Below, piece after piece: positions 19,701 to 28,363 of a DNA stretch of 38,282 nt. Source of the DNA: Chthoniobacteraceae bacterium (GTDB taxonomy: Bacteria > Verrucomicrobiota > Verrucomicrobiia > Chthoniobacterales > Chthoniobacteraceae). Every line of letters starts with the position of its first letter. Positions within the stretch are counted from its first letter, which is position 1. Where the stretch lies: assembly GCA_044370935.1 (NCBI GenBank), contig JBILUQ010000001.1, forward strand, positions 1 through 38,282, written 5' to 3'. Position numbers and translations under genes: made by a program. The notes beneath the pieces were generated by a model. It saw only the letters and a list, made by a program, of their open reading frames with translations, searched no databases and was not told the origin of the DNA.

Positions 19701-20417
19701 TTCGGAGGCGCCCTCGTGAAGTACGAGGAAATGAACCGCGACCCGGACCTGCTCTACACCTTGCAGCGCTGGTTTGCCCTCAACCCCGACCCCAAACAAC
19801 CCGACCCCGAGGCGCGCGAGCAAGCGGACCGAAAGCTTCGCATCCCCGCAATATCGCGCCTCGTCGCGACGCACTACAGCTACGAGGCGCTCATTGCGGC
19901 CCAAGCCAAGCTCAACCCGCTCACCCGCCGGCAGGATGCGCTGCAGGCACAGATTGATCGTCTCGCAAAAAAGAAGGATCGCTCCGCGGCGGAGGAACGC
20001 CGTTTCGCAGACCTCAAGCAGGCGCTGGTGGACGTAAGCGTGCTTAAAACCGACTCTGGCCGCGATATGGACCGAAGGGTTGGTGCGGTGGACAAAATTC
20101 TAAACGGGATGAACCTCCACGACAGCGGACTCGCTACGACCGGCAAGCGCATCAGCGCACAGCACCGCTACACGAATCAGAAAGTAGGCGAGCTGGTCTA
20201 CAAAGCCGAATCCGAACAGAACGACTACCGGCGAGACAAGCCGGTGAATGTGTTCTTCAGTCCGGAAAAATACATCGGAGGGTTCAGAGTCAGCGTCTAC
20301 GTCTGGAACACCCTTGTGCTAGTGTGGTCAAGTTTCCTGATGCTACTCGCACTATGGGCGATTTTATACCGCCAACTCCGTCCACAGGGCAAGCCGCACG
20401 GGGGCCAAAGGGATTGA
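16752..20417 (+). CDS. multidomain ABC transporter: TerB-like N-domain, three FHA-like modules, ABCG-type ATPase, and ABC-2 permease with a large coiled-coil loop
   Basis: 1221 aa. Walker A GASGSGKST lies at nt 18255-18281, with signature LSGGERKRLNIG and Walker B VFLIDEPTSGLS (ABCG/White-like). About 5 TM helices span roughly aa 830-990, a charged coiled-coil stretch of about 200 aa follows, and a final TM (LVLVWSSFLMLLALWAILY) closes the protein. The N-terminal domain assignments are pattern-based inference. Confidence 0.8.
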   Translation: MSRIAESLLREVRTQAKRAWMRVPLIHRGWHNLRYAARRLARRPRTVTESPNLLPLLIQVLAAFSRGGAQVLEEEIDSSLGFLRHDFPEAVYSELRLLFRHALQEQHDLGEMAQKLATQLNTDQKIMLGVQLYDLIARAGMDRQQLVEFYSFMTQLGMAAQAIDIVYQLSSSDTPDPTLYQSGNSPLECVSFGASGGDADVGLRSLHDKERMLAFRYHELLLLKNLSVSNIVVKGRPLKAGDFCRIYSGQRILLGEQVLNYQELTYYFNAKKNVSLTLIFLALDDNDEVELQKEKSRDSAIEVRFGLKVQVRAIKNTTARINGVKLAANTQVEATLDDRIVFDNDSELPLSDLRRRARALGGRFQLKPYKTSYLVSNNPSLLDVDDILLSPGTAGEVLLRILCDYDHRVGTAEILHSDRPLHIGETALSVGGTCALEDGATIRLDAGQVLRCNFSERIIEEDRNLISTLEVRDLRVSYRKRLTALDGVSFSVNRGELLCVMGASGSGKSTLLRAIAGQLHPSEGQVLLNSQSLYSTLDTLKSFVAYIPQDDAFDDHLTIEENMEFAAAIRSPHLSKRDRARRVESKLAELGLAERRDSLVGSAVKKLLSGGERKRLNIGLDMLSSADVFLIDEPTSGLSSKDSEHVMEILRAISHNKIVLVTLHQPTSKLFKMFSKALLLDKGGRLAFFGTPEEMLTYFAEAEHENHFGTELGGCPACGTTRPEFIFDVLESPLRDLSGDIIYEENNRGQLVPARRFSPDYWRDKYDRFRLLQEMKQVNVREVPVPPTPPPLPTAQQRRLRIREEWTQLRTLWKRAFTSKLRNVGNLALTLVVPPGLAAIIGWALYFTKDESGSYDFASAFHIPTYIFISLLVSMFLALVSSVDDIIRDRVLLSRERNLAVRLPFYIIAKLGSLALFCAIQCALFILVGNSILEVKGMFFPYWFFMFITAMSGLSLGLLISSLATSSKMAANFVPLVLIPQLIFGGALVKYEEMNRDPDLLYTLQRWFALNPDPKQPDPEAREQADRKLRIPAISRLVATHYSYEALIAAQAKLNPLTRRQDALQAQIDRLAKKKDRSAAEERRFADLKQALVDVSVLKTDSGRDMDRRVGAVDKILNGMNLHDSGLATTGKRISAQHRYTNQKVGELVYKAESEQNDYRRDKPVNVFFSPEKYIGGFRVSVYVWNTLVLVWSSFLMLLALWAILYRQLRPQGKPHGGQRD

Positions 20418-20467
20418 TTGAGCGATTCAACGGCAGCAGCAAGTGAATCTCCAGACGCTGTTCACCG

Positions 20468-21145
20468 CTATTGGTTTGAGGATTTCTTGGTGATGTTCGA
20501 GTGCCGGATGTCTTCACCCTTGTAGAGGTAGAAAACCTCTTCGGCAATGTTGGTCGCGTGATCCCCTGCGCGCTCCAAAGCCTTTGCAACAGTCAACAGA
20601 TGCAGGGCACGCGCAGTCGTTCTGGGATCCTTCACAATCCCGACCTCCACATCGTGTGCCGCTTCCTTGTATTCCGCATCCACCAACCGGTCCCGCCCGA
20701 TCACCTCCAGCGCCAAATCCGTGTCGCGCTCCACAAACGACTTGATGCTTTGGCGGAGCATTGCCTGAACCTCCTCCGCCATCCGCGGGATTCCGGCAAG
20801 CGAGGGCATCTCAGGCACGCGACTCAGGTCCCGAGCCCGCCTTGCGATGGTCGTGGCCTGATCAGCAATCCGCTCCAATTCGCTCGCGATCTTAGATGCC
20901 GTGATCAGGAACCTGCAGTCCTTTGCCATCGGACCATGAGTGGAAATGTAGATAATGACTTTTTCGTCGATCCCTTTCTCCAACTGGTCGACCTCCGAAT
21001 CCTCGGCCTCGACAAGGTTGGCCAGCTGGTCATCGCGGTTCAGCAGTGCCTGGGTCGCCTGACCCAAATTCCGTTCAGTGAGGCTGCTCATCACAAGCAA
21101 TTGCTCACGAATATCGGCCAGATGTTGCTCCCAGTATACGCTCAT
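20468..21145 (-). CDS. phoU: phosphate signalling complex protein PhoU
   Basis: 225 aa with two PhoU repeats carrying conserved acidic motifs (EDSEVDQLE, and the LVDAEYKEA / ERAGDHATNIAE-type helices). It sits downstream of pstB. Confidence 0.9.
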   Translation of the reverse strand: MSVYWEQHLADIREQLLVMSSLTERNLGQATQALLNRDDQLANLVEAEDSEVDQLEKGIDEKVIIYISTHGPMAKDCRFLITASKIASELERIADQATTIARRARDLSRVPEMPSLAGIPRMAEEVQAMLRQSIKSFVERDTDLALEVIGRDRLVDAEYKEAAHDVEVGIVKDPRTTARALHLLTVAKALERAGDHATNIAEEVFYLYKGEDIRHSNITKKSSNQ

Positions 21146-21181
21146 GGATTTTTTAGTCGGTAGAAGGACAAGGGTAAGTTT

Positions 21182-21922
21182 TTAGCCGAAGCGTCCTGTG
21201 ATGTAATCTTCGGTCTGCTGATTTGCAGGCTGGGTGAAAACTTTCTGCGTGGCGTCGATTTCAACCAGACGGCCGAGGTAGAAGAAAGCGGTCTGGTCTG
21301 AGCATCGGCCCGCCTGCTGCATGCTGTGGGTCACGATGACGATGGTGTAGTCCCGCTTCAAGTTTTGAATGAGTTCTTCAACTTTTCCCGTGGCGATAGG
21401 GTCCAGCGCAGAACAGGGTTCGTCCATGAGGATCACCTTGGGTTCGACTGCAATCGTCCGCGCGATGCAGAGTCTCTGCTGCTGCCCACCGGAGAGGCCG
21501 AGCGCGCTCGTGTGCAGCCGGTCCTTGACCTCCTCCCAAAGCGCGGCGCCCCGCAGGCTACGCTCCACTACTTCATCCAACCGCTTCTTGTCTTTCACCC
21601 CCTGCAGCTCCAGGCCGTAGGAGATATTTTGATAGATAGTTTTTGGAAAGGGATTGGACTTTTGAAAGACCATTCCCACCTGCCGCCGCAGGGAGATCAC
21701 ATCCACGCTGGGGTCGTGAATATCAATCCCCTGGATGCGGATATTGCCGGCTCCAATAGACGCCCCCTCGATGAGATCGTTCATCCGGTTGAAGCAGCGC
21801 AGCAGCGTCGACTTTCCGCATCCTGATGGGCCGATGAACGCGGTGACCTGCTTTTCGGGGATGGTCAGCGAAATATTGAACAGCGCCTTGGTTTGCCCGT
21901 AGAGGAAATCCAGATTCTGCAC
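21182..21922 (-). CDS. pstB: phosphate ABC transporter ATP-binding protein PstB (5' end uncertain)
   Basis: Walker [10 protein letters not shown], signature [13 protein letters not shown], and the PstB-specific C-terminus [11 protein letters not shown]. The first canonical start is GTG 21922. PstB-like sequence ([14 protein letters not shown]) continues upstream in frame with no ATG, GTG or TTG. Confidence 0.9.
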   Translation of the reverse strand: MQNLDFLYGQTKALFNISLTIPEKQVTAFIGPSGCGKSTLLRCFNRMNDLIEGASIGAGNIRIQGIDIHDPSVDVISLRRQVGMVFQKSNPFPKTIYQNISYGLELQGVKDKKRLDEVVERSLRGAALWEEVKDRLHTSALGLSGGQQQRLCIARTIAVEPKVILMDEPCSALDPIATGKVEELIQNLKRDYTIVIVTHSMQQAGRCSDQTAFFYLGRLVEIDATQKVFTQPANQQTEDYITGRFG

Positions 21923-22023
21923 CTCAATGATCGGCTTTCCCGCAGCGGAGTGGGAACCGCCATTGGAAGACTGGGAGCCTCCGACGTGATCGCGGCGGTT
22001 TGGAGTTGGGACGACATATGGGA

Positions 22024-23133
22024 TTACCAGCGGTACTTGGCTCTGATGCGGATTCGTAAAATCACCGAGGTAAGTGTGATCAAGAACACCACCGACAAAA
22101 ATACAAATGCCGTGCCGAACTGGACTCGCTCGGTGTACTCGTTCTGGGGGATCTTGGAGGATACCACGTAAATGTGGTACGGCAGCGCCATCACCCCCTG
22201 CGAAAAGAAATCCATGAAACGTTCAACCTCCCAAGGCAAGCGGTCTCGAACCACATAGGCGGCGGTGAACATGATCGGTGCGGTTTCACCGGCCACGCGC
22301 GCAATTCCAAGGATGGAGGACGTCAGGATGCCCGGCATGGCGTACGGCAGCACATTTGTGCGAATCGCCTCCCATTGCGTGGCACCCAGTGCAAGAGAAC
22401 CGTCTCGAAACCCCCTCGGAACCGCCTTCAGCGACTCCTCGCTCGCAGTGATCACCACTGGCACCACCATGAACGCGAGAGTCACCCACCCCGACATCAA
22501 CGAAACCCCCCACCCCGAAAAGTTGAGGTATCCAATGCCAAGAGGCACCGACAGGACTGCGGGATCCGCCATTTTAGAGAAGACAGGTGCGAAGAGCACA
22601 AAAAGCCCGAAGCCGAAAAGCCCGAAAACAATTGAAGGCACCCCTGCAAGGTTCAGCACGGCGAGCCTCAGGAGATCAACCTTTGCTCCACCGCGGCTGT
22701 ATTCGTTGAGAAAAATCGCGCTGCTGATTCCTATGAAAAGCGCGATGGCTATCGAGCCCACCACGAGGAGCATGGTTCCAACGATGCAGGGAAAAATTCC
22801 GCCCGCGCTGTAGACGTAATTTTCATCCGTCACGTTGGGATTGCCCTTTTCAGCCAGAAAAGCACGGTACTCCTTGTCCCCCATCTGAAGCGTACTCCCC
22901 TCCCACTGGAAAACGTGCAGCGTTTCCGGAGAGGCGGATAAAAACTTGGTATTCACAAAAGGGAAACGAGAGGAGAAAACCGTCGGCGCCCCCTTCACAA
23001 AAATCACCGCAAACATCAAGGTCGCGGCAGCCACAATCGCGTATGTCGCGAGTCGGAAAACGGCGAACGCCCACTTCTCGTTGCGGCGGGAAGCGGTAGC
23101 GGGCACTAAAAATGGATGCGTCTGCGGGGTCAT
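22024..23133 (-). CDS. pstA: phosphate ABC transporter permease PstA
   Basis: 369 aa, multi-TM. The EAA-loop region [44 protein letters not shown] matches the PstA-type GETAP..FTA motif rather than the PstC-type GETMAV. Confidence 0.8.
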   Translation of the reverse strand: MTPQTHPFLVPATASRRNEKWAFAVFRLATYAIVAAATLMFAVIFVKGAPTVFSSRFPFVNTKFLSASPETLHVFQWEGSTLQMGDKEYRAFLAEKGNPNVTDENYVYSAGGIFPCIVGTMLLVVGSIAIALFIGISSAIFLNEYSRGGAKVDLLRLAVLNLAGVPSIVFGLFGFGLFVLFAPVFSKMADPAVLSVPLGIGYLNFSGWGVSLMSGWVTLAFMVVPVVITASEESLKAVPRGFRDGSLALGATQWEAIRTNVLPYAMPGILTSSILGIARVAGETAPIMFTAAYVVRDRLPWEVERFMDFFSQGVMALPYHIYVVSSKIPQNEYTERVQFGTAFVFLSVVFLITLTSVILRIRIRAKYRW

Positions 23134-23357
23134 CTGTGAGGGTCAGAATTTAGAAACCACCCATTTACGCAAGGAACAAATGCGCAACCGCACCCCCGAA
23201 ACGGTGGAGACCGGCGGCAGGGCAAAGGCGCTCAATACGTGTTCTTGGGCACATTTTGACGGTTGGGATCGGTGGAAAATTTAGCTGCAAACTGCACTGG
23301 AATCAGAGCGGCAACGAAATAACCGTCCCGTTTCACTTCTTACGTTCGCCCCGCAGC

Positions 23358-23376
23358 GTGTCAAAGCAGTGTCAAA
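23358..23376. promoter_or_regulatory. Pho-box-like direct repeat (GTGTCAAA-n3-GTGTCAAA, 11-bp register), or tandem -35-like TTGACA on the - strand
   Basis: Read directly at 23358-23365 and 23369-23376, about 225 nt upstream of the pstA start. It resembles the E. coli PhoB box CTGTCAT-n4-CTGTCAT. On the - strand each copy contains TTGACA. Confidence 0.3.
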
Positions 23377-23424
23377 CCGGAAACATTTCGGCAATCTCGC
23401 CATTCCAATCTCAGACTGAACCGC

Positions 23425-24828
23425 TCAGCTCACCGAACAGCGCGGCGCAGGAAGCGGACGCCCAATGTCCGCAAGTTTATACCCGAATCCCGGCCCGCCG
23501 ATGGTTCCCAAGCCGACGTGTCCGTCGATCCTAGAGTAGATTCCCGGATGCACCCGAGCCTCGATCTCGGAGGCTTTTGGGTAAAACTGCATCCCGTTGG
23601 TTTCCACGCCCGCCAGCGTCGGGGCATGCGAGGCCAGAAGCAGATGAGGGATCTGAGCGAGCATTGGGTTTGATAAATCCTGCACCATGATCCCCATCCC
23701 ATGGGCTTTGGCCCAGCAGAGGCTCAACAACGCGCCCGTCTGCGTCTTGCAGGTCTTCAACGCCACACCGTTCCAGCCCAACTCCCGCCCGAGGCGCACA
23801 AAACGCCAGTCGTGTGCGCTTTCATCCAGAAAAAGCGGTACCCGCCTGCTCACTGAATGCACGTCGATAGGGTGCTCCTCCAACTCGTACGGGAAGGGTT
23901 GCTCCACGTACCCGAGACGGGACCAAAGCTCGGGCACCTCGGTTTTGACCCGGTCCAGAATCCGGTTCACGTATTCCGGATCCGTCACCGTGCAGTTGAA
24001 GTCCGCCGTAAAAAGGCGGACGCCCTCCTTCAAACCAAGCTCGCTCACCCGCTTGAGCCTCTCGAAGTCCCATTCCTCGTCATTGCCCCGCAGCTTAACC
24101 TTCAACGCCTCGAGGCCGTCCTTGGCAATCCATTCCCCCAAGGTCAGCGGATACTCGTCCGGACGCGTTTCTGACCCGGGGTCACCCTCCACCAATGGGT
24201 CCAACCCGCCCACAAGATGCCAAGCCAGTAGACGCTTTTCGGGAACAGCCCTGAAATAATCCGCGGGATAACGCCCCTTGAAATCCACGTCCGCGGCATC
24301 CGCAGCCGGCGTCAAGTAATGCGAAAGATCCCGCTCCATCCACGGACTGCAGTAGGTGGAATAAACCGGCACACCGTTCGCAACCCCATAAGCGTCGTGT
24401 AGCGCGATATCGAAGGGCGACGCGCAAACAATCCCCGCTAGCGTTGGCAACCGAAGCGACTCGGGTTGAGCGGCGTTAAACTCCGCGCAAAGCCCAGGCA
24501 GCGCCTCCTCGAGAAAACGGTACCCGATCTCAAAAGCATGCCCCTTGGCTTCGAACCGCGCGTAAGCCTCGGTCAACTTGTTGCAAAAAGCCTCCACCAC
24601 TCCCATGCGATGTTCGTACGACTCGGGCGAGGGCCAGACCCATTGGACGCTCAGAGGTGTCTCCCCCCATCCTTCCACCCGGCGACCGTCAGCCGTTTCG
24701 ACCTCGAGGCAGACCCTTGCGCAAACCGCCTCGGTCACCACGCCCGTGCCGAACTTTAATGGCACGCGGGTGAACACGGGCAACCCGTACCAACGCGCCG
24801 AGACAATCCGAATATCCGTTCTTCTCAT
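23425..24828 (-). CDS. enolase-superfamily (mandelate racemase/muconate lactonizing enzyme-like) protein
   Basis: About 467 aa from ATG 24828. The ordered motifs KVKLRG (KxK), TADFN (Asp ligand), YVEQPFP (Glu ligand), LFLDES (third acidic ligand) and ALKTCK are consistent with the enolase-superfamily barrel. Confidence 0.6.
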   Translation of the reverse strand: MRRTDIRIVSARWYGLPVFTRVPLKFGTGVVTEAVCARVCLEVETADGRRVEGWGETPLSVQWVWPSPESYEHRMGVVEAFCNKLTEAYARFEAKGHAFEIGYRFLEEALPGLCAEFNAAQPESLRLPTLAGIVCASPFDIALHDAYGVANGVPVYSTYCSPWMERDLSHYLTPAADAADVDFKGRYPADYFRAVPEKRLLAWHLVGGLDPLVEGDPGSETRPDEYPLTLGEWIAKDGLEALKVKLRGNDEEWDFERLKRVSELGLKEGVRLFTADFNCTVTDPEYVNRILDRVKTEVPELWSRLGYVEQPFPYELEEHPIDVHSVSRRVPLFLDESAHDWRFVRLGRELGWNGVALKTCKTQTGALLSLCWAKAHGMGIMVQDLSNPMLAQIPHLLLASHAPTLAGVETNGMQFYPKASEIEARVHPGIYSRIDGHVGLGTIGGPGFGYKLADIGRPLPAPRCSVS

Positions 24829-24858
24829 AAATAAAATCAATTCAGCGGCACGAAGCTA

Positions 24859-25953
24859 CTACGCTTTGCGCACCCCGAGCCCTAGCTCCCCGCGACAAAA
24901 AGCGACGCTGCGTTCCACCTCGGCCTTTTGAAACGCGCGCTCCGCTTCCTTTTTGTCCATGCCTTCCGGCACTTTGAAGCTCTCCATCGGCCGACCGCGG
25001 GCCGCGAGCGCTTCAAACTTGGCGAGCTGCTCAGGCCGCTTGTCGTAATCCTTCCAGAACGCCTCGCTCTTGTAGGGAAATGAACGCGCAAAGCCCGAAA
25101 TCGTTTCAATTTGAAAGGGCACGCGCGGACAGAAATGCCGCCAGCGCTCCACAAACTTTTTCCAGTCAACCAGGCCGTCGCCGATTGCCGTCCACTGGAT
25201 GGATGCTCCCTCGGGGGTGCTCCAAATCATGTCATCCCGCAGGCTCGAACAGACCGTGTATTTACCAAGATTTTCGAGCACCTGCAGCGGGTCCTCGAGC
25301 GTCCAAGCAGCATTTCCAGAATCAATATTCACCCCGACAAAATCCGCTCCCGCCTCCTCCACCAGCCTCGCCAACTCCCAGGAATGCATGTCACCTGAGT
25401 GATTCTCCACCGCGATTTTGATGCCGGAATCCAGCACCCGCCCTCGCACTGCCTTCAAAACTTTCACGGTGTCAGCGATCCGCGCGTTGATTCCGCCCTC
25501 GGTTTTGCGATCATCCGACGCACCGAGGATCACGCGAAACACGGGTGATCCAAGCGCCTTGGCCACGCGGATTCCCGTGATCAAATGTTCTTCGGCGGAC
25601 CCCCACTTCGGTTTAAATCGAACGGAGCTCGGGCAAATGCTCCAAGAACCCAGATACAACGCCAGTCCTGCAGCGGCGGCCTCCGCCTTCACCTCCTTGA
25701 GCGCCACCTCCTCGAGCGATGGCAAACACTCCAAGTCCGAAAGAAAAAGCGTATCCAGCTTCAAGCCCGCGGCGTACTGAATAAGCTCGGACGCCTTCCA
25801 GCCAAATGCGCGAACCGCAAAGTTGTCGATTCCAATTGCGATTGGAGCAGCGGCCGCAGGCGACGGGGCGGCGGCCGGCGCCATTCGGGGTAGCAGGGCG
25901 GCGGAGGCAGCTGCAGCAAGGAAGGACCGCCGAGTGAGCGTAGTCGTATTCAT
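24859..25953 (-). CDS. sugar phosphate isomerase/epimerase (xylose-isomerase-like TIM barrel) with Tat signal
   Basis: The N-terminus LTRRSFLAAAASAALL is a twin-arginine signal. IAVENHSGD and VGVNIDSGN are motifs typical of the AP-endonuclease-2/xylose-isomerase-like barrel. Confidence 0.65.
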   Translation of the reverse strand: MNTTTLTRRSFLAAAASAALLPRMAPAAAPSPAAAAPIAIGIDNFAVRAFGWKASELIQYAAGLKLDTLFLSDLECLPSLEEVALKEVKAEAAAAGLALYLGSWSICPSSVRFKPKWGSAEEHLITGIRVAKALGSPVFRVILGASDDRKTEGGINARIADTVKVLKAVRGRVLDSGIKIAVENHSGDMHSWELARLVEEAGADFVGVNIDSGNAAWTLEDPLQVLENLGKYTVCSSLRDDMIWSTPEGASIQWTAIGDGLVDWKKFVERWRHFCPRVPFQIETISGFARSFPYKSEAFWKDYDKRPEQLAKFEALAARGRPMESFKVPEGMDKKEAERAFQKAEVERSVAFCRGELGLGVRKA

Positions 25954-26040
25954 AGGGGGGATGGTAGCGGGAATGGGATTGATGCTGGGGGCCGAGGGTA
26001 AGCCTTACCAATCCCCCCCGTCCATGCTACAGTTACCGAC

Positions 26041-26649
26041 ATGCAAGCTGCTTCAAAATGGATTCTCTGCGCGATGGTCTGCGCAATCCCGCTTCTCTGG
26101 GCTGCGTGCGCGGCCACGCGTGCAGGGTACAAAACTCCCGCCTACACGGTGAAAGAGAAAGTGAAAGAGCCTGTCCGCTTCGAGATCCGAGACTATGCGG
26201 AGATGGTGCTCGTGGAGACGCCCACCAAGCCCGAACGCAACGGCCGAGATGGCAGCTTCGGCCGCCTCTTCAAATTCATCACGGGAACCAACGCCACCGG
26301 CGCCAAGATCCCGATGACGACACCTGTTTTTTTCCGCGGCACAAACGACACCGAACGCATGTCCTTTGTGATGCCTCCGGAAATGAGCGTCGGCGCGGTG
26401 CCCTCGCCCTCCGACAAAATGGTGCAGGTCAGTGAGAGGCCGCAGGGAACCTTTGCCGTCATGCCCATCGGAACCAAACGCGCTCGGCCCTACTTGGAGA
26501 GTATGGTGCAAAAGCTCGAGGGTGCCCTTGAACAGACCGAGTGGAAATCAGTCGGCTCAGCCGAATTCGCATACTACGACCCGCCTTGGATTCCAGCTTG
26601 GTTTTGCCGCAACGAATGCCTGATCCCAGTCGCTAAAAAGAAACACTAA
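26041..26649 (+). CDS. SOUL heme-binding-family lipoprotein
   Basis: A lipobox-like LLWAAC is present. YTVKEK...FEIRDY, GSFGRLFKFITGTN..GAKIPMTTPV and MSFVMP match the conserved SOUL/HEBP pattern. Confidence 0.65.
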   Translation: MQAASKWILCAMVCAIPLLWAACAATRAGYKTPAYTVKEKVKEPVRFEIRDYAEMVLVETPTKPERNGRDGSFGRLFKFITGTNATGAKIPMTTPVFFRGTNDTERMSFVMPPEMSVGAVPSPSDKMVQVSERPQGTFAVMPIGTKRARPYLESMVQKLEGALEQTEWKSVGSAEFAYYDPPWIPAWFCRNECLIPVAKKKH

Positions 26650-26792
26650 GGTGGCAGGAGAGCTCGATTATCACGCCAGTGGTTTGAAGCATGGTTTCTA
26701 AAGTTGGCAAACAAACTTGCGACTGCCACAAAGTTGTCAGCGCCTCAAATGCAAATTGATCCACACAATCGAGCCAGATAGTTTGGTCCAGG

Positions 26793-27470
26793 ATGAGTCT
26801 ACAGACCCACAAATGCCCAAGGTGCAGGGGAGACAGTTTTCGGAAGTGGGCTCTCCCTCACCCGCTGATTTTACACTGGGTCTTAAATCCCGGGCTGGTT
26901 TTCAACGAGATTGTCTTGGGACAGCGCCTGCCAACAACGCTTCTGTTCTGCAAGGGATGCGAAGGTCCCTTAACCGATCGGCAGTATGTTCCGTGTCCGT
27001 CCTGCGGTGAAATGTGCCTCGGACGTATCGCAAAAGGATTCGGACTGTGGCGAGGAGCGAGTTGCCCACACTGCGAGCAACCAATGCCGCTTCTGCGGAA
27101 TGTTTTTTCGATGCTCGTTCTCTTGGTCACCTTCCCGGTGTGGGCGCTTCCTTATTATCTGCATTTCCGCAAAAAGCCTTTACCGCCGCTGTACCGATTG
27201 ACGGACGGCCCGCCGCCGATTCCAAAAGCCGCTTCGACTAAAAAATGGATATGGGCCGGGGCCGCTTGGGGTGTGCTAATGTGGCTGGTGACCAGTTTGC
27301 TGCCGGCCTTGACAAGCAAAGATGTCCAATCCCCGTGGACTTTCGCCCTTCAGAGGATACCCATATGGGCGCTTGGTGGTTTCTTGTTCGGGTTTTTCAT
27401 GTGGCTTTTTTTGGGACTTCCGAGAGGGGCAATGCCAAAGGCCAATTTTAGCAATACAAGCAACGAGTGA
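26793..27470 (+). CDS. membrane protein with two N-terminal zinc-ribbon-like CxxC pairs
   Basis: CPRC...CKGC and CPSC...CPHC pairs are followed by about 4 hydrophobic helices. I recognise no family. Confidence 0.45.
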   Translation: MSLQTHKCPRCRGDSFRKWALPHPLILHWVLNPGLVFNEIVLGQRLPTTLLFCKGCEGPLTDRQYVPCPSCGEMCLGRIAKGFGLWRGASCPHCEQPMPLLRNVFSMLVLLVTFPVWALPYYLHFRKKPLPPLYRLTDGPPPIPKAASTKKWIWAGAAWGVLMWLVTSLLPALTSKDVQSPWTFALQRIPIWALGGFLFGFFMWLFLGLPRGAMPKANFSNTSNE

Positions 27471-27490
27471 TCAGAGCCGAAGATCAACCT

Positions 27491-28363
27491 ATGACCTCCA
27501 AATTACTTTACCTTGCTCTGACGCTCTGCACTTTCGCCCCGTGCTTTGGAAAAGAAGTTCGAATCGAAAAAGACATCAGTTACTTGGATGCAGAAAGCGC
27601 CGAAAAGGCGGACTTGTACTTGCCCCCTGAGTTCGAGCCGGGAAAGACGTATCCTGGGATCGTGATTATCCACGGAGGTGGGTGGACGGGCGGAGACAAA
27701 GGAGCTGCGCGTGAAATCAACATAGGCACGACTCTCGCCGACAACGGCTACGTGTGCATGTCGGTTAACTACCAACTCGCCAAGTCTGGATCGCCCACAT
27801 TCCCCGCCAACATTCAGGAGGTTAAACGCGCGGTACGGTGGCTGCGCAAAAACGCGAACCAGTACCAGATTGATGTATCCCACATTGGCGCAATCGGAGG
27901 ATCGGCCGGAGGACATCTCACGGCGCTTCTGGCGGTGAGCGGTCCGGAAGTCGGGATCGATCCGCCGCAGGATTCAGAATTTTCGTGCCGCATTCAAGCT
28001 GCGGTTCCCTTGTACCCGCACTGCGCATCGACTTGGGAAGGCAGTGTACCCGCCAAATCCTATTCAAGCCTACCGATGTTTGCCAAACCGCTCGCGGAAG
28101 CTCCGGAACTTTGGGACAGCGCGCTGCCGATCAAACATCTTTCAGCGGATGATCCCCCCATGTTGATCCTGCACGGCACCGCCGACACGACCACGCCGCT
28201 CGAACAATCCATCCAGCTGAATGCAGAGGCGAAAAAACGAGGAGTGTCCTCCGAACTCATCATCATCGAAGGCGCTCCGCACAGTTTTCACCTTCAACCC
28301 AAACAACGGGATTTGCGCGAGCCGGTGCTGAGTTTCTTCAAAAAGCATTTGAAACCCGAGTAA
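27491..28363 (+). CDS. secreted alpha/beta hydrolase (esterase/lipase, HGGG-type)
   Basis: ATG 27491 gives the signal peptide MTSKLLYLALTLCTFAPCFG. The oxyanion motif IIHGGGW, the nucleophile elbow GGSAGG and a C-terminal HGTADT...PH are present. Confidence 0.75.
   Translation: MTSKLLYLALTLCTFAPCFGKEVRIEKDISYLDAESAEKADLYLPPEFEPGKTYPGIVIIHGGGWTGGDKGAAREINIGTTLADNGYVCMSVNYQLAKSGSPTFPANIQEVKRAVRWLRKNANQYQIDVSHIGAIGGSAGGHLTALLAVSGPEVGIDPPQDSEFSCRIQAAVPLYPHCASTWEGSVPAKSYSSLPMFAKPLAEAPELWDSALPIKHLSADDPPMLILHGTADTTTPLEQSIQLNAEAKKRGVSSELIIIEGAPHSFHLQPKQRDLREPVLSFFKKHLKPE

Noticed and set aside
19277-19957. 226-aa alternative-frame ORF inside the ABC transporter gene
   Set aside because: It is on the same strand but out of frame with a CDS that has TM-helix and ABC motifs. 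The translation is Arg/Pro-rich and non-protein-like.
20501-21163. 220-aa ORF on the + strand
   Set aside because: It is antisense to phoU, which has clear family motifs. It has no recognisable domain and is a shadow ORF.
27557-27565. GTTCGAATC, a perfect tRNA T-loop consensus
   Set aside because: The flanking bases cannot form a T-stem (agaag versus cgaaa) and no acceptor or anticodon arms are present. The motif lies inside the alpha/beta-hydrolase CDS.
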